From: Sphagnum compactum
Taxonomy: Eukaryota
NCBI GenBank assembly: GCA_965153455.1
Contig: OZ234493.1
Coordinates: forward strand, 4,526,001 to 4,590,000
Length of the DNA stretch: 64,000 nucleotides
Direction of reading: 5' to 3'
The position numbers and the translations under genes were made by a program. This document shows positions 50,801 through 64,000 of the stretch, in pieces; within the stretch, counting starts at the first letter, position 1; each line of letters starts with the position of its first letter. Below the pieces are notes generated by a model. That model was given only the letters and a program-made list of their open reading frames with translations, was not told the origin of the DNA and did no database searches.

Positions 50801-52650
50801 TTAAAAATAAAATCCAATTTGGCAATTATGTGTTTTGGTTCCAAAAAGAATTTTTTTGGGGTAAGTTCAAGAAAATGTGGTATGGGTTGTGTATAATACA
50901 ATATATCTTGCCAAATAATATTGTATTATTGGTCACTTTTGGTAAGCTTGAATTCAATTATGAGTTGGCTAATGTTAATAAACTCAAACCATGCAAGTAT
51001 GTTGATAAGGTAGTTTCAAAATTGCTAGTCAAACATGTTAGTTAAGAATGTGTGTACATAATAGCAATCCAAACATGAAGCTTGTAATTACATCAATATA
51101 TTGGGATATGACTATATATATAAAATCACCTACAAAAGAATAGGTAGATGACATGTCACAAGCTATAATAACAACTAGTGAAGGAATGACAAAAACATGT
51201 GGAAAAAATGTAGTTGATGTGTTACGAATTGATATGTTGACAAGTAGTGATAAGGTAAATGAAGTTGAGTTGTCAAAGCATGTGGACACTAATGCAACTA
51301 TTAGTTAGTCATCAATAATTCATGTGCATGTAATTAGGGTGATGCCAAAAAAATGCAACAAAAAAAAATGTCATTTTGAATGGCAAACCTTATAAATGTA
51401 CCCAATTTTACAACAAAAGAAAATAGTAGTAATAATTATCTTGAAAAATAGTTAGCATCCATTTTGCCTATCATTTTTTTTAATGGTTTACATATTAGGT
51501 CTAGATGTGATGAATGAAAATTAATTTCTTGATTGTGTAAAATTGCATGAGAAGTGACAAAGTAGAAAAAGAAAGTGACAAAGGAGAAGGAAAAGGAAGA
51601 GGGAGAACATGCTCCAAAATACTTGTACATTGAACCATTTTAGGTACATTCTTTAGGACATTCACCTCCAACACCGTTAAAATTTTATTCACTAAAAGAA
51701 AAGGATGGGATTGATTTAAATGATGTGTTTAGGAGGTAGTGAGATATAACAAACAAGAACAAACAAGACGCAAAAGAAATTTTGCAAGAGTTGTGTCGAT
51801 GACCAAGAAGATGTCGAAGATAACAACTATAGACTATGATTCTTTGAGATTTTGAAAAAGAAGAGCAAGTAACATGGGAGGAATTTGTAATGCAAGGTAG
51901 TTTAAGGAAGGAAAAACATCATGGGGAGCAAAGTTAGGAATATCATGTGAAAGCCACATGAGTTTCATAAAAGTCCAAGACAATACGTATTTTAATAAAA
52001 CCTATAACCTTTTGTGTTAGACCTTTAAAAAAATCATGTAAAAAATGGTGAAGAATGTGCTGCCAAAAGAAAAGATTGCTATTGGTTTACATCATCACCA
52101 CAAAAATTATACTATGGAGTTAGAGTAGATACAAATGTGGATTGGTCTAGGAAATAAAAAAATAAATTATGCAAATTGTGTAGGGTTGATAAGGTTGCTT
52201 GAAGTTGAATGAAAACACCTAGAAATGAATTGTTGGTACAATATTTGTATACTTGGAAAGCCCATACAAATGATTAGATCTTTTGCATGACTAAGCAAGA
52301 AGGTTGTATGCATTTATATAAACATAATTATAACTAAGTTTAGATGAAGGAGACTAAAAGTAGTCTATTTATTTTAAGGAGAAAGCCAAACAAACATTGG
52401 GTCAAATTGCAAGAACAAGAACACATGTATGTAAGGAACAATGGAGTGTTTCGAAAATAATGTATCCATGCAATGTTAGGATTGTTATTCTTTTGCAGAT
52501 TATTTATTAAAAGGAAAGGGTTAGTTATTGTAACAATAGGAATACAATTATTTTCATGATAACAAGTTAGGGAGAGGTAGTAGATTTGGGCCACTATCAT
52601 GTTCAATCACATGAAGAAAGAACTCCAAAGTCAAGGAAAAACTAATGGGA
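47850..52650 (+). mobile_element. Degenerate Ty3/gypsy LTR retrotransposon (PR-RT-RNaseH-INT order) with downstream accessory ORF
   Basis: Protease: YSILLGKPCSRDAKV (~47910). RT: YPLAFTDELFNIVVDHEAY..YHKISMAP (~48285) and VMPFGMKNG. RNase H: YVDHMPLIYL..RWLLPFLEYEF..DALSRL. Integrase: [54 protein letters not shown]. Confidence 0.9.
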
Positions 52651-53873
52651 GCAAAAGTTGAAAATTAAAATGTATCTAATGTTTCTAAAACATGAGGTGC
52701 AACATTCACATATGATGAAAAGAAAGAGTTATCACTTTTGACATGTGAAAATAAACATTTTAAGTTTTTCATCGAGGAGATATGGATGGGACTTATACAA
52801 AAGTCCCAAAGGAAGAAGAATTAATTGTATGATAGCCTACCAACCATTAGACTAAAGCGAAATGATTGGTTTTCATATATGTGATAGGTGTTGGTATACC
52901 ATCATCTCGGGTGTCAATTTCATGAGATATCATTACCACACCCTCTATTAATATTAATATTTGAATTAAAACAAAACAAAATAAAATAAAATAATGAATG
53001 TCATTGTCCATTTTTAATTGATTAATTCTTATTGAATTTGTTTGTCCATATCAATCTATTGCTTATTGTTAGAAAATGCGGTGAATTATTAAATTTATAA
53101 TCTAATGAATTAATGATAATTTTGACTAAATAATTAGTGAAACTCTTAGTGACCTAAACACACATCCTTATTTGTGCTGCCAATTATGACGTGTGTAATT
53201 TTACAAAAACATCAATGTATTTAAAGGGAGAATCACATTAGACTCCCTAGTTTAGAGTGATGATAACCTAATTGGTGCCATTACCAATGTCAAAAGCCTT
53301 TGACTTGAAACTACACAACTTTAATATTTTTGTTGGAAGGAATGAGGAATATATGAACATTTGGATCCTAACAAAGATTTTTAGACTACCTTACCCTAAG
53401 GTCAGTTTTGTCATTGTATAATTCTCAAAAGAGTGAAATGAATTTTTGTGAAAATATGAAGTTGACATGTTAAAAATCATCATAATTATCATAGGCTACA
53501 CTCTGAATAATTTCACTACCCATATCACAATATTATAGTAGATGATGGAAAATTATATAATTTTTAAATTAAAAAAAACAAATTCATTTTTTGAAAATTA
53601 ATAATTATTTGTTTTCTCAATGTGGAAACTGACCCTCCCTCTGGTTATGTTGATATGATCATTTTTCATGTGGATATATGGTAATGGTTCTGGCACCAAA
53701 ATAACGAATAATTTCTCCACAAGTGCATTGCATATATGTAAAAGTGGCCTCCAATCTCCACATCACAACAACTAGATATGCATATGTAATTTACACATCC
53801 TAGTCACAAGTGACCTTTGAACTCCATCCATCCATCCCACAACTAGTTATGGAACTAGTTGCCACACATTTAA

Positions 53874-54087
53874 GGTGCGTTCACACTTGGTGATAGGGAC
53901 TATAGTGTTGAGTCTCCTAACACCATGCTAGCCATTTAGGACTTAAACTTAGTGTTCATGAAATTTTTATGTTAAGCTAACTTTCACAGATACATTAAGC
54001 TATCGCTCAAGTTTAACATGGGGTGCCACCTAGGATGCCACTTAGATTTTCATTTAACACTGACTTAACATCAAGTGTGAATGCCAT
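53874..54087. mobile_element. Short MITE-like element (PIF/Harbinger/Tourist-like)
   Basis: TIRs GCGTTCACACTTGGTG (~53877) and CATCAAGTGTGAATGC (~54069-54084). The left end GG is preceded by TAA. Confidence 0.5.
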
Positions 54088-54597
54088 CATTAGTGCCATC
54101 TTGGCTTAAAAAAGATAACTAAAGAAAAATTTCAAAACCATCAAATCTAGCAACTCCATTGGCCTAAAAAAATAAATCTTCGTGCTTACACACGACCTTA
54201 TTAATGCTTTTGAACATTGAGAAAGTAATCCTTTCCTAGCATTCTCATTGGTTGTCTAAAATTCTCACAAATCTACCAAACCTTATTTACACATTTAATT
54301 GTTAGTTTCATTCAAGATAATTAAAAAGATGAGGGGTGTGTCAAAATTCTAGCCTTGCCATTTACATTTTAAAATATCTTAAGGCAAAAGAAGAATTATG
54401 AAAATTCAAATGTTTCACCATGCAAAAATATAATATTCAAAAAAAATACTCTAAGAGAAACCAAAATCCTTCAAGATATATTATAACTCTATAACAAATC
54501 TCAAATTTCAACACAAGCCAAAATTATCATCTTTCAAAAATGTGTTTTTTTTGAAACTTTTTTTTCCCAATGCCATAGGCACAAATAATGAAAATGA

Positions 54598-54600
<3 letters not shown>

Positions 54601-54640
<40 letters not shown>
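54601..54640. repeat. (AT)20 microsatellite
   Basis: Perfect AT dinucleotide run. Confidence 0.95.
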
Positions 54641-54647
<7 letters not shown>

Positions 54648-56941
54648 GCATCATTTCTTTTCAACTGAATCTGAATTCAATTCAATGGAATTTAAATTAA
54701 ATTAAATGAAATTAGAATTTCAAATGTAACAAATTTGAATTTCGTACAATGTTTTTTTTGTGAATTCAATTAAATTGAATTGAAATTTGAATTCATTTAA
54801 AGTTGCATGAAATGTCATTCAATATTTTTTCATTTGAATAAAATTTAATTTTATTCTCAATTTTGTTTTCATCATTTCATTGTCACTAGTAAATAGTGTG
54901 TAGAGCCCACATGCAGTACAATGAATCCAAGTCCTTGGTGGTCTTCTTGATCTTGATGTTAAAATATTGTCTACTAGAGCTCAAGGTGCATAGGCACATA
55001 CATGCATATGATTGAACTAGGTTACTTAACATTTGTACCTCAAATAAACTGCATGGAAATTTTAAATGTCCAAAATCCAATTTTTTTAAATTAATATATT
55101 AATATATTTATTTATTATTTTCAAGAAAATATTATTTTTCTGGATTTTGGACATATAAAAAAAAAAGAAAAAAGATTTTAATGTGTTGAACCTGACCCTA
55201 GCCTACAGTAATCACATATTATTCTACCTATTTGACCACCATAGGACCTAACCTTTACATGCATCAACTTAACCTAGTAGTCACCTATTATCCAACCCAT
55301 TTAACCACCATAGGACCTAACCTTTACATGCAACTTAACCTTAGTTAGAGTCACCCATTATCCTATCTATCTACCTACTCCTCTCCCTTTACATGCATCT
55401 AATTAATTAACAAGTAGCCACTTATTCTCCCTACCTATCTACTCTCAGGACCTATCCTTCACAAGATAGGTTATCAAGGTGAAACCCTATGTCAACACTC
55501 AATTAGGGTTCATCCAATTAGGGTTTCATCCAGAACTTGAGTCATAACACAATAATAGACCCAATTAATAAGCTACTACATAGTAGTATCTCAAAGTCAG
55601 GCCTAATAGCAAAAAGACATCCATGAAGTTCACTCATTCATCAATAGGTTTGAACTTGAGATTTTCTTAATGTAGGTAAAATTCATGTCTAGTTTAAAAG
55701 TTAGGGTTTAGGGTTCAAGTCTTCTTTGGATCGAAGGAACGTTCCACATTTTGTTAGAACCGCCATTGAAGCCTAATTTAATTGAGCAATCAAAATTCCT
55801 TTCAAAATTGAATTAGAACTTGAATCTAAAGTGCTACCTCATTTTAAATAAGTTTAAATTCTTTAAGTAGAGAAGTTACAAAGAATTAGTTTTAAGAGCG
55901 GACTAAAGGTTTCATCAAAAACCCAAAGGAAACAAAAAAAAAAACCTTAAATAAAAGGTTCCTTTTGAAATCAAGAACATGACAACACTAATTTTATTTA
56001 GTTATTTATTAATTTAAACCCATGATGTTTGTGACATCAAATAGGGACCATGTCACTAAATTCATCACCCTTCTTCAAAAGTTTGTTGGCCACCAACAAC
56101 ACTTTTAATATGGCAAAATTATTAGAGAGTACCTTTAATTATTAGAGAGTACTTTTAATATGGCAAAATTATTAGAGACTTGGTGGTTTAGAAGAAAGAA
56201 GGCCACAACATAAATATGGGGTTTCTCATTTATCTCTTTAAAAGACCCCCCCCAAAAAAACATTAAAAAAATTGAAAATAAAAGCCTTTCATGAATCAAT
56301 GCACATTACAAGGACTTGAGTGTGGGTGGGTAATATTAAATTAGCACCAAAAAAAAGAAAAAAAAGCAGAAACAACAACAACAATGTTTTCATCCTTGTT
56401 GTTTTCATCCATCGACTAAGAAACATCAGCATATAAGAAGGGAATAAGGAAAAAAAAGAAAAGCACATTCATCAATGAAGGACCATGTTCCCCTTTTTTT
56501 TTTTTCCTCTTTTTTTTATTCTATTTTTTGTTACCAAAAAGTTGGGCAAAATTTTCCAAAAAATACCAAAATTAGTCGAACTTACATAGAAATTTGTTTT
56601 TTCCAAAAATATCAAAATTTTTTTTTGCTGAAAATCAAATACTAGAACGGACTTTGAGTGTGTGGGAAAATAAGGAAAAAATAAAAATCTCTCATTAATT
56701 AATAGAGAATCATAATTAAAAAGATACATACATACATACTAAATTAATTAAAAAGATACATACATACATACATACATACATAATAAATAAAAAAGTTTTC
56801 ATGGATGAAGAAGGGACTTGATTGTGCAGGCAAATTTTCAGTTGCTAAAAGCGATGTCACATCCACGAGAGCAGTATTTGATTCAGTTAATGCGCGTGGA
56901 GGGAACAAGACACAGTCTAACACAGACAGACGACGGTTGTT

Positions 56942-56971
56942 GTCGTCGTCGTCGTCGTCGTCGTCGTCGTC
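56942..56971 (+). repeat. (GTC)10 microsatellite in the probable first 5'UTR exon of the DnaJ gene
   Basis: Perfect GTC run in a GC-richer region followed by a donor-like GCAG|GTAATA at 57144. Confidence 0.85.
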
Positions 56972-59333
56972 TTCTTCCGTTTGTTTGTTTGTTTTGCTGT
57001 TTGTGGTTGTCGTGCTGCTGCTGCGCGTTCTCCCTTCAGCTGCCGCTTTTCAATACATTGTTGCTCCAATACATTGTTGCTCCTATTGTGCCTAAGTAGA
57101 TACGGTGTGCGCGATGGATGCCGGACTAGCCAATGTGTTGCAGGTAATAAGATTTTAGAAAAAAAAAGGCGAAAAAAAAATAGAGCCTAGAGAGTGAACG
57201 TGCCAGTAGAACGGGTGCATGCAGCTCGACTTTCGTTTTGTTCTCTCTCTCTCTCTCTCTCCGTTTCGAGTTGATTGACTTTTTTTTCATGTCGTCAGGT
57301 TCTGGTTTTGTTTGCCTTCCAGACAGTTTGATTCGTTATGGCAAGGATTTTGTTGCTGGTTTACTAGGTTTGTTAGACATGGAAAAAGATTTCGACCTGA
57401 CCGATGCAAATCAGTGTCAAAAGGAATGAATCCATTCTTGTAGGGAGTATATACGTCTCTGTAGTTGCCGCTAGTGAAACTGTTGGAAGCCATTCTCCGC
57501 GGCATCTTTGGTCCTGGAAGGCTTTTTCTTATCAAACCCTAATTAGGGTTGCGAAAAATGCGGAGGGGGCTGGATGTTGCGGTTTTTGTGAGGGAACTAG
57601 TGTTCTGTCCTAGTGCTTATTTCGTGACAGAGGATGCATGATGTATTCGGTGATGGATATTGGGAGAGATGTATTACAGAGTCTCTGAGCCTGTTGCTCA
57701 GATTCATGTGTCTAGTTTCCCCACTGCAGCATTTCATATGGGATTTGCATCTAGACTGATGATGCACCTGAACTTGCAAAACATCTAACCCTAAAGCTTG
57801 TTTTTTGCGTTTGCCCCAGGCAATTGTCCTGAATGCTGATGGTATGAACTTTACAGCTATAGTGGCATGCATCTATATGTCCATGGTTTTCAAAATAAGG
57901 ATGATGTAAGGTCTCTATAGATTCTCTCTGTAGCTTCGAGGTAGCAAAGCTACAGATTTAATCTTCTCGCTTAGATTTCTTTCATTAGATAATTTGTTCC
58001 TCATGTTTTGGTCAGCCAGTCTCTTCTAAGAAGTCAATTGGTATCTGAATGGGTGCTGATTGTGCAGTCTTTTTAGCCAACTTCTGTATTTTCTTCACTT
58101 GATTGTCTTATTGCATCTAAGTTCTTGTTGAGTTTCTCTTTCGAATTTATCCTCAATAAGAATTGTTTCAAAGAAAATCTGTGAGTTCATGGTATCCCTC
58201 CTTTGTCCGACTTCATTGATTAGACAAAGACTCTATCAGTGGTGGCACATAGGATAAAATATTTTTTGAGCCTAATTGTACTTCTGATGGCTTGTCTTGC
58301 AACTTCTTGGATTAGCAAAATCTGTGAAATGTTGTTATTATCTACAATTTTGACAAGCATTCTCAGCCAGAGTGTGCAGCTATTAACATGACGTATATGG
58401 TTCACATGGGTTCCAATATTTCAGATTCTGCCATATTTGAACTACTCAATGGCTCATTCTATAGGTTCTTGAGGCTTTGTAGCTCAAATTGCAAGCTTAA
58501 TTAATCTTCTGAGTAGAAAAGGTTACTCTTCAAAGTTACTATTATATCAAACTGGGGGGTTTGCTTAACACAGGCTTCAGTAAGATTATTTCAAAAGCCC
58601 ATGTTATCCTTAAAAGATTGTGCTCTAAATTTTTGTCTTGTGTGTGTGTGTGTGTGTGTGTCTCTCTCTCTCTCTCCTCTTCCTCTTTCAGTGTTGGGTT
58701 TTGTCTTTGTCTTTGTCTTTTTGTGTTCCTCTTTCTTCTTGGTCTCTTTTGTCTTCTCCAACTCTTTCACTTTTGTTGAGCTAGGGGGCATTATGGCTGA
58801 GTCTTCCCATTACTGTCAGTCTTGTCACAGAAACTCAGTATGTTGGTTAATGTATGACCATGACCTCCATTGGCTGCCTGAAGCTAACAAAGTGAATGGA
58901 AAATTGTTATGGTAGCTGCTCCCTACCATAAATGTTGAGTCTCTGAGCATGTGCATGACTGTTTCTGTTGTCAAACTCCTCCTTGGTTCCTTTTTGTTTT
59001 ATTCTCTGTTTCTTAGTTTTGGTTTTTGTCTTTTCCCTGTTTACTGATATGTTCTGCAATTTGAAATCTCTATGACCTTGCTATTCGCTCATGTCTCAAT
59101 TCAGTCATGTGTATGTATGGAGATAGTACTTAAAAAGATTCTGGTATTTAGTACTTACAAAGATATGTTTTATCTTTGCAGGAGCTTGCTGAGTTTCTTA
59201 TGTGACATCTTACAAGATGCAACTTGCAAAATGTGGGTAGTGACCTTGGTTATGGTGGGCGGCAGCATGTGTCGTAGGCCAACAACACTGGGTCTCTGAC
59301 ATTGTATGGGCAAAATTGCATAAATACAACGGA

Positions 59334-60653
59334 ATGGGTGTAGATTATTACAATGTTTTGAAACTTGGTAAGGGTGCATCTGAAGATGATCTTAAGAAGG
59401 CTTACCGGAAGTTGGCGATGAAATGGCACCCTGATAAGAATCCCACCAACAAGAAAGCAGCAGAGGCTAAATTCAAAGAGGTTGCAGAGGCATATGAAGT
59501 AAGCAGTTGTCTATTCTTCTTTTTGTGGTTTTTTCTCTTTGCAGTGGGTGAAGTTTGTTATGCTATTGACCTTCCAATCGTGGAGGAAACTTTGAAACAG
59601 TCAAATGATATGTGTTGCTAGGTGTTGAGTGATCCCCAAAAGCGAAGTGTGTATGACAAGTATGGAGAGGAGGGATTAAAGGGAAATATTCCAGCTCCCA
59701 ATTCCAATGGAGGAACACAAGGCTTCACCAACAGTGGGTCTGCAACAAACTCCACCAGATTCAACCCTCGAAATGCAGAAGATGTCTTTGCTGAATTCTT
59801 TGGTGCCTCCAGCCCTTTTCCAGGGATGGGTGGAATGGGTAGTATTAATGGCAGGAGCCGAAACAGTCCATTTGGCGATGGCATGTATGGGGGTTTTTCA
59901 GATACTCAGAATTCTTTCCATTCATTTGGTGGACAGCAGAAACCTGATGGACATCGGAAAGCTGCCCCTGTTGAGAACAAGCTTCAGTGCACTCTTGAGG
60001 AGCTTTACAAGGGCTCCACAAGAAAAATGAAAATTTCTAGAAATGTCACTGATAACAGCGGGTAACTGAAGCCTTCTTCCAGACTCAATCAAACATTTGG
60101 TTATTTTTACAATTTATTTTCAAGCCCCTTGTAAAAATTAAGAGTTGAAGAAAGTGGATGAAAAAGTAACTTCTGTGTTACTTGATGGATCTTTGGTTTC
60201 TGGGGGGTGCTGTGCAGGAAGACAATGGTGCTGAATGAGATACTCACAATTGATGTGAAACCTGGGTGGAAGAAAGGAACAAAAATTACCTTCCCACAGA
60301 AGGGTAATGAGCAGCCAGGCATGGTGGCAGCAGATCTAGTCTTTGTCATAGATGAGCAACCACACAGTAAATTTAAACGAGATGGGAATGACCTTGTTGT
60401 GGTCCAGAAACTTACTCTTGCTGATGCACTTACAGGCTGTACAATCTCCCTAACCACTCTTGATGGAAGGTCATTAAGTGTTCCTATTGCAGACATCATC
60501 CAGCCTGGGTACGAAAAAGTCCTGCCTAAGGAGGGTATGCCAATTGCCAAAGAGCCTGGGAAAAGAGGCAACCTCCGAATCAAGTTTGACATCAAGTTCC
60601 CAACACGCTTAAGTAATGAGCAAAAATCTGGCATAAGGAAACTTCTAGCTTAA
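59334..60653 (+). CDS. Type II (DNAJB4/Sis1-like) DnaJ/Hsp40 co-chaperone, 3 coding exons (59334-59498, 59622-60061, 60218-60653), 346 aa
   Basis: J-domain [41 protein letters not shown], then a G/F-rich region ([11 protein letters not shown]), then C-terminal domain [37 protein letters not shown]. No CxxCxGxG zinc finger. GT-AG introns keep the frame; TAA at 60651-60653. Confidence 0.96.
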
Positions 60654-61665
60654 ATCCACCAAGGTTGGATTGCAGTTGTGGAAACAGACATTTGAAGTTT
60701 TTCAATTCCTGAATCGTGATACCCTCAGTACTATGGCAGTTGATCTGTCTGAGTAATGCTGACAGGTTGAAAGGGGTCAAGAATTAGATCTCATAGCAGT
60801 GGCTCATGGTAGAAATGCCACAGGTTTGGAGGGATTTGAGATGCACATCAGGATATGAGGTACCCAGTCAACCTCTATGCAGGTAACCATGCCATATTTC
60901 ATTGATCTCAGCAAATCTGGAAATGCCATGTGGTACATCTTATTGATTAGAGTTACCTGACAGGCCTATTTGAAGGGTGAGTGATTATAGTGCTAACAAT
61001 AGTATAGAGCATTAAGATCTACTCTAATGTTGTGTGCTTAGGGCACAGGTTCAATCTACAGCAGGCAGTCAAGAGGATTCTTTGTGTTTTAGGCTCAAAG
61101 CCTCAGGTGTTTGTTCATCTTGAGGCTTCGGAGATATGTTGTTCTGTACCTTTGAACTGGCAATGTCCAGTGTATAAAAGCTGCTTATTTGTTTTGGCGA
61201 GGTTAATGCAGGGCATCTGTTGTACAGGAATTGGCAAAAGCTATGGAATCTCATGCCACTAAAAGCAATTTTATAAAACTGTGTACTATTGTAGTGCAAT
61301 ATCATTCCCGGGCACTGATGCCCATGGGTGGTAGGTCCACAGCCTGTGTGTGGTTGATGTTACTCAAGTCTTGTTCATTTGCTGGATTGCCAATTGTGCA
61401 CTTGCTAACTGAAGGTGTTGATCTGCTGTTGGTCAAAGCAGAATTGATCTACTGTCATTCAGCAGTCTTTCATTCATTCTGATCATATCACCTTCACTGT
61501 GTTGTTCTGGAGTTTCTTCTGTAACCTCATAGATATGTAACTCAATAGTCTCTTTGATGTGTCTAGTGGCTAAAATGAGTTTACTGCATCCAAGTAGTCA
61601 ACAGCAGTGTGCTTCAAGAACTGGTGTGATACAGAATTGTGGCAATTTTAGCAAGGACGTGTGAT

Positions 61666-61903
61666 TAGGTCTGTCTCACATATTCTACCTTGAGTTGTGA
61701 TTCTCTCGAAGCACATATTGCAGTCTAGGTCTGTCTCACATCTTCTACCTTGAGTTGTGATTCTCTTGAAGCACATATTGCAATCTAGGTCTGTCTCACA
61801 TCTTCTACCTTGAGTTGTGCTTCTCTTGAAGCACATATTGCAATCTAGGTCTGTTTCACATCTTCTACCTTGAGTTGTGATTCTCTGCAAGCACATATTG
61901 CAG
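61666..61903. repeat. Tandem repeat, 4 x 60 bp
   Basis: Unit TAGGTCTGTCTCACATCTTCTACCTTGAGTTGTGATTCTCTTGAAGCACATATTGCAATC starts at 61666, 61726, 61786 and 61846, with only a few substitutions between copies. Confidence 0.95.
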
Positions 61904-64000
61904 ATTGCATGTGTGAAACTTTTAAACTTTGATTGCTCATCTGCTGATCCAGCAGTGAGTGCAGCTCATGTGAGAGATTGATTAGAGAGATATATGATTG
62001 AATTGAGGATTTAAATTTTTTTTTGACTGGTGGTGGAAGTCCTGATGTTTGATGTGATACATTCAGAAGAATAATATGAAGAAAGCAAAGATGAGCTCAA
62101 ACTGCATTTGCTTGCAAAGGTTCAATCCATAAACCAATAAATCTAGCTATGAAGGAAGGTAGGTTGTTTATTTTGTTTTGCTTTGTTTATACTTATGAGA
62201 TCCACCAAACTGGGATGCTTCAAATTGTGTTCTTGGTCTCTTTGGAAAGCTCTCAAGGAGGAGGGGTGCATCGGCTTGGTTTCATGGCGTTTGGACTTGT
62301 GGTGTAAAAGTTCTTGAATATTGAATGATTTCTTCACTGAAAATTAAATTAAATTAAATTTTAGCTGAAAATTTTGGAGGAATTGGACCAATGTATTTTG
62401 CAAGTAAGAACAATTCAGAAAGTCATGTGCAAAATAGAATTGGTCAAATGCAAATGATGCGGTACCTGTGTGTGAAGATTTCTCGTTGCTTAGTACATTT
62501 CTGTCCAACATTGATGAAATGAACAGACTAGGTCCATTCATAGGCTCCAATCTCGATACATTCTAAAGCTTTCCTCTCCTGTGCAGAAATGAAATTACCC
62601 AGTTATGTATTGCTGACCTGAAAGGCAATAAGCAAGTCTCGCACAACTCTATTTGTTTAATGATACAACAACCTAGAAGCAAACAACTATAGATAGATAG
62701 ATACATGGAGCCTGTATAAATCCTGGGAGTGAAAAATGGCTGCATTGTCACAATGACTGCTAAAAATGATCCTTTGCTAGGTAGATCGAGCAGATTGTGT
62801 GGCATGCTTTTCTTGGATCTTGATAATCCATGCATGACATGTGTTGAGAGGTTGCATCCTGACTTGATTTGTGAGTAGGTTGCACAAATTTTCCTTCTCG
62901 TTTCACAGCAATTTTTTGTTCAAAATATCCATTGTCTGATTCTGCAGGAATACATGTACGCTCAAAACATTGGAATTGCAAAAACACTGGCACATGGGTG
63001 CGAGGTTAGCTCAAAACAGTCAAAACTTGTTGAGGGTTTCCTATGGGGCTTTTTTGTGTAGAGAGTCTTAGTGACGGTGTTATTGGCTCTCTACTCTGGC
63101 AAAAGATCACTAGCTGCTTATGAAATTGAGTAAATGAATTTTGAAGAATTCGCCCTGTGCACCATATCTATTGCATGATCTAATCTTATGTTTGTAAGTG
63201 TTTTGAGCCTTATTCTAACACACTTGCATCCCCATGAAGGTGAATTTATAGGTTAGTGGGTCACGGAGATCGATTTTAAATAAGTTGTGTTTGACTTTGA
63301 TCATTGTATACGTTTGCCATCAGAACACTATTGGAGGTTTCGATAAGTAAATTCTAGTGTTTCCAGAATCCTATCATCAGTAGTGCTTGATGTAGAGTCT
63401 TTTAACCCTAGGTCTGCTGTAAGTTGCAAAAACATAACATGTTTGTAAGGATGGACCCTAAAGCAATTTAACATCATGTTCTTGACATTCCTTGTTCTAA
63501 TTTCAACAGTCTCCAGCCAACTACATACATACTATGTTAATTTTCATGTAGAAACACCACAAAATTGTAGAATAGATGCAGAAATGTTTCAATTATTTTA
63601 AGTAGAAAGCTATTGAAACTTTACTTGTGAGGAAATTGGAATATTTAAATCAATAGGTGATGTTGAAGCTTGAGTCCTCGGATTTGAATTAATCACAGAT
63701 TGTGTTTTTTGGGAAGCAAACAAAACTTGTCAAAGATTGCCAAAAACTTATCAAGTATCCCCACCACCCTATCAACATTGGTTTCATTAACTGTAAAGGA
63801 GGTATTGTTAACATATTGATGAAAGTGTTTAAGCTATGCTTGTTTTGGATCCAGTTCTTCTTTATCCATGGGCTTTACCTATATAGTAAAGCAATGATAA
63901 AGCAATGAGGCAAAATTTATCATGAACCAAACCTATGTAAATCATGAGGCATACAAATGGGGAGGGTTCTTATGCCTACTCCTCAATAGTGGGAGGGTTC

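Noticed and set aside
56805-57190. ORFs with poly-Ser or poly-Arg
   Set aside because: Produced by the (GTC)10 microsatellite in the probable DnaJ 5'UTR.
60107-60634. 175-aa minus-strand ORF
   Set aside because: Antisense shadow of DnaJ exon 3.
61666-61903. CRISPR-like regular array
   Set aside because: Units are contiguous near-identical 60-mers with no unique spacers. The context is eukaryotic and no cas genes are present.

Overview
Eukaryotic land-plant genomic DNA: AT-rich, intron-containing and repeat-rich. Gene types and repeats suggest a moss (Sphagnum-like), which is my inference. Three intact host genes can be spliced from the sequence: a phytolongin/VAMP7-like longin protein (minus, 2693-3981), a VIT1/CCC1-family vacuolar iron transporter (minus, 39538-41431) and a type-II DnaJ/Hsp40 (plus, 59334-60653). 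Most of the rest is decayed transposons. The most notable is a minus-strand series of Helitron/Helentron-type domains: RPA70-like OB folds with a Zn ribbon, an OTU protease, a PIF1 helicase and an AP-type endonuclease (about 8.5-24.6 kb). Between these lie a Ty3/gypsy fragment and an orphan two-exon piece of a UBC4/5-type E2 gene. A second gypsy copy (47.9-52.7 kb) shares a conserved accessory ORF with the first. There are also copia and PPR relics, MITEs, several minisatellites and a candidate small two-exon gene spanning a ~10.8 kb TE-filled intron. No rRNA, tRNA or CRISPR array was seen. All calls come from reading and translating by eye; no searches were run.
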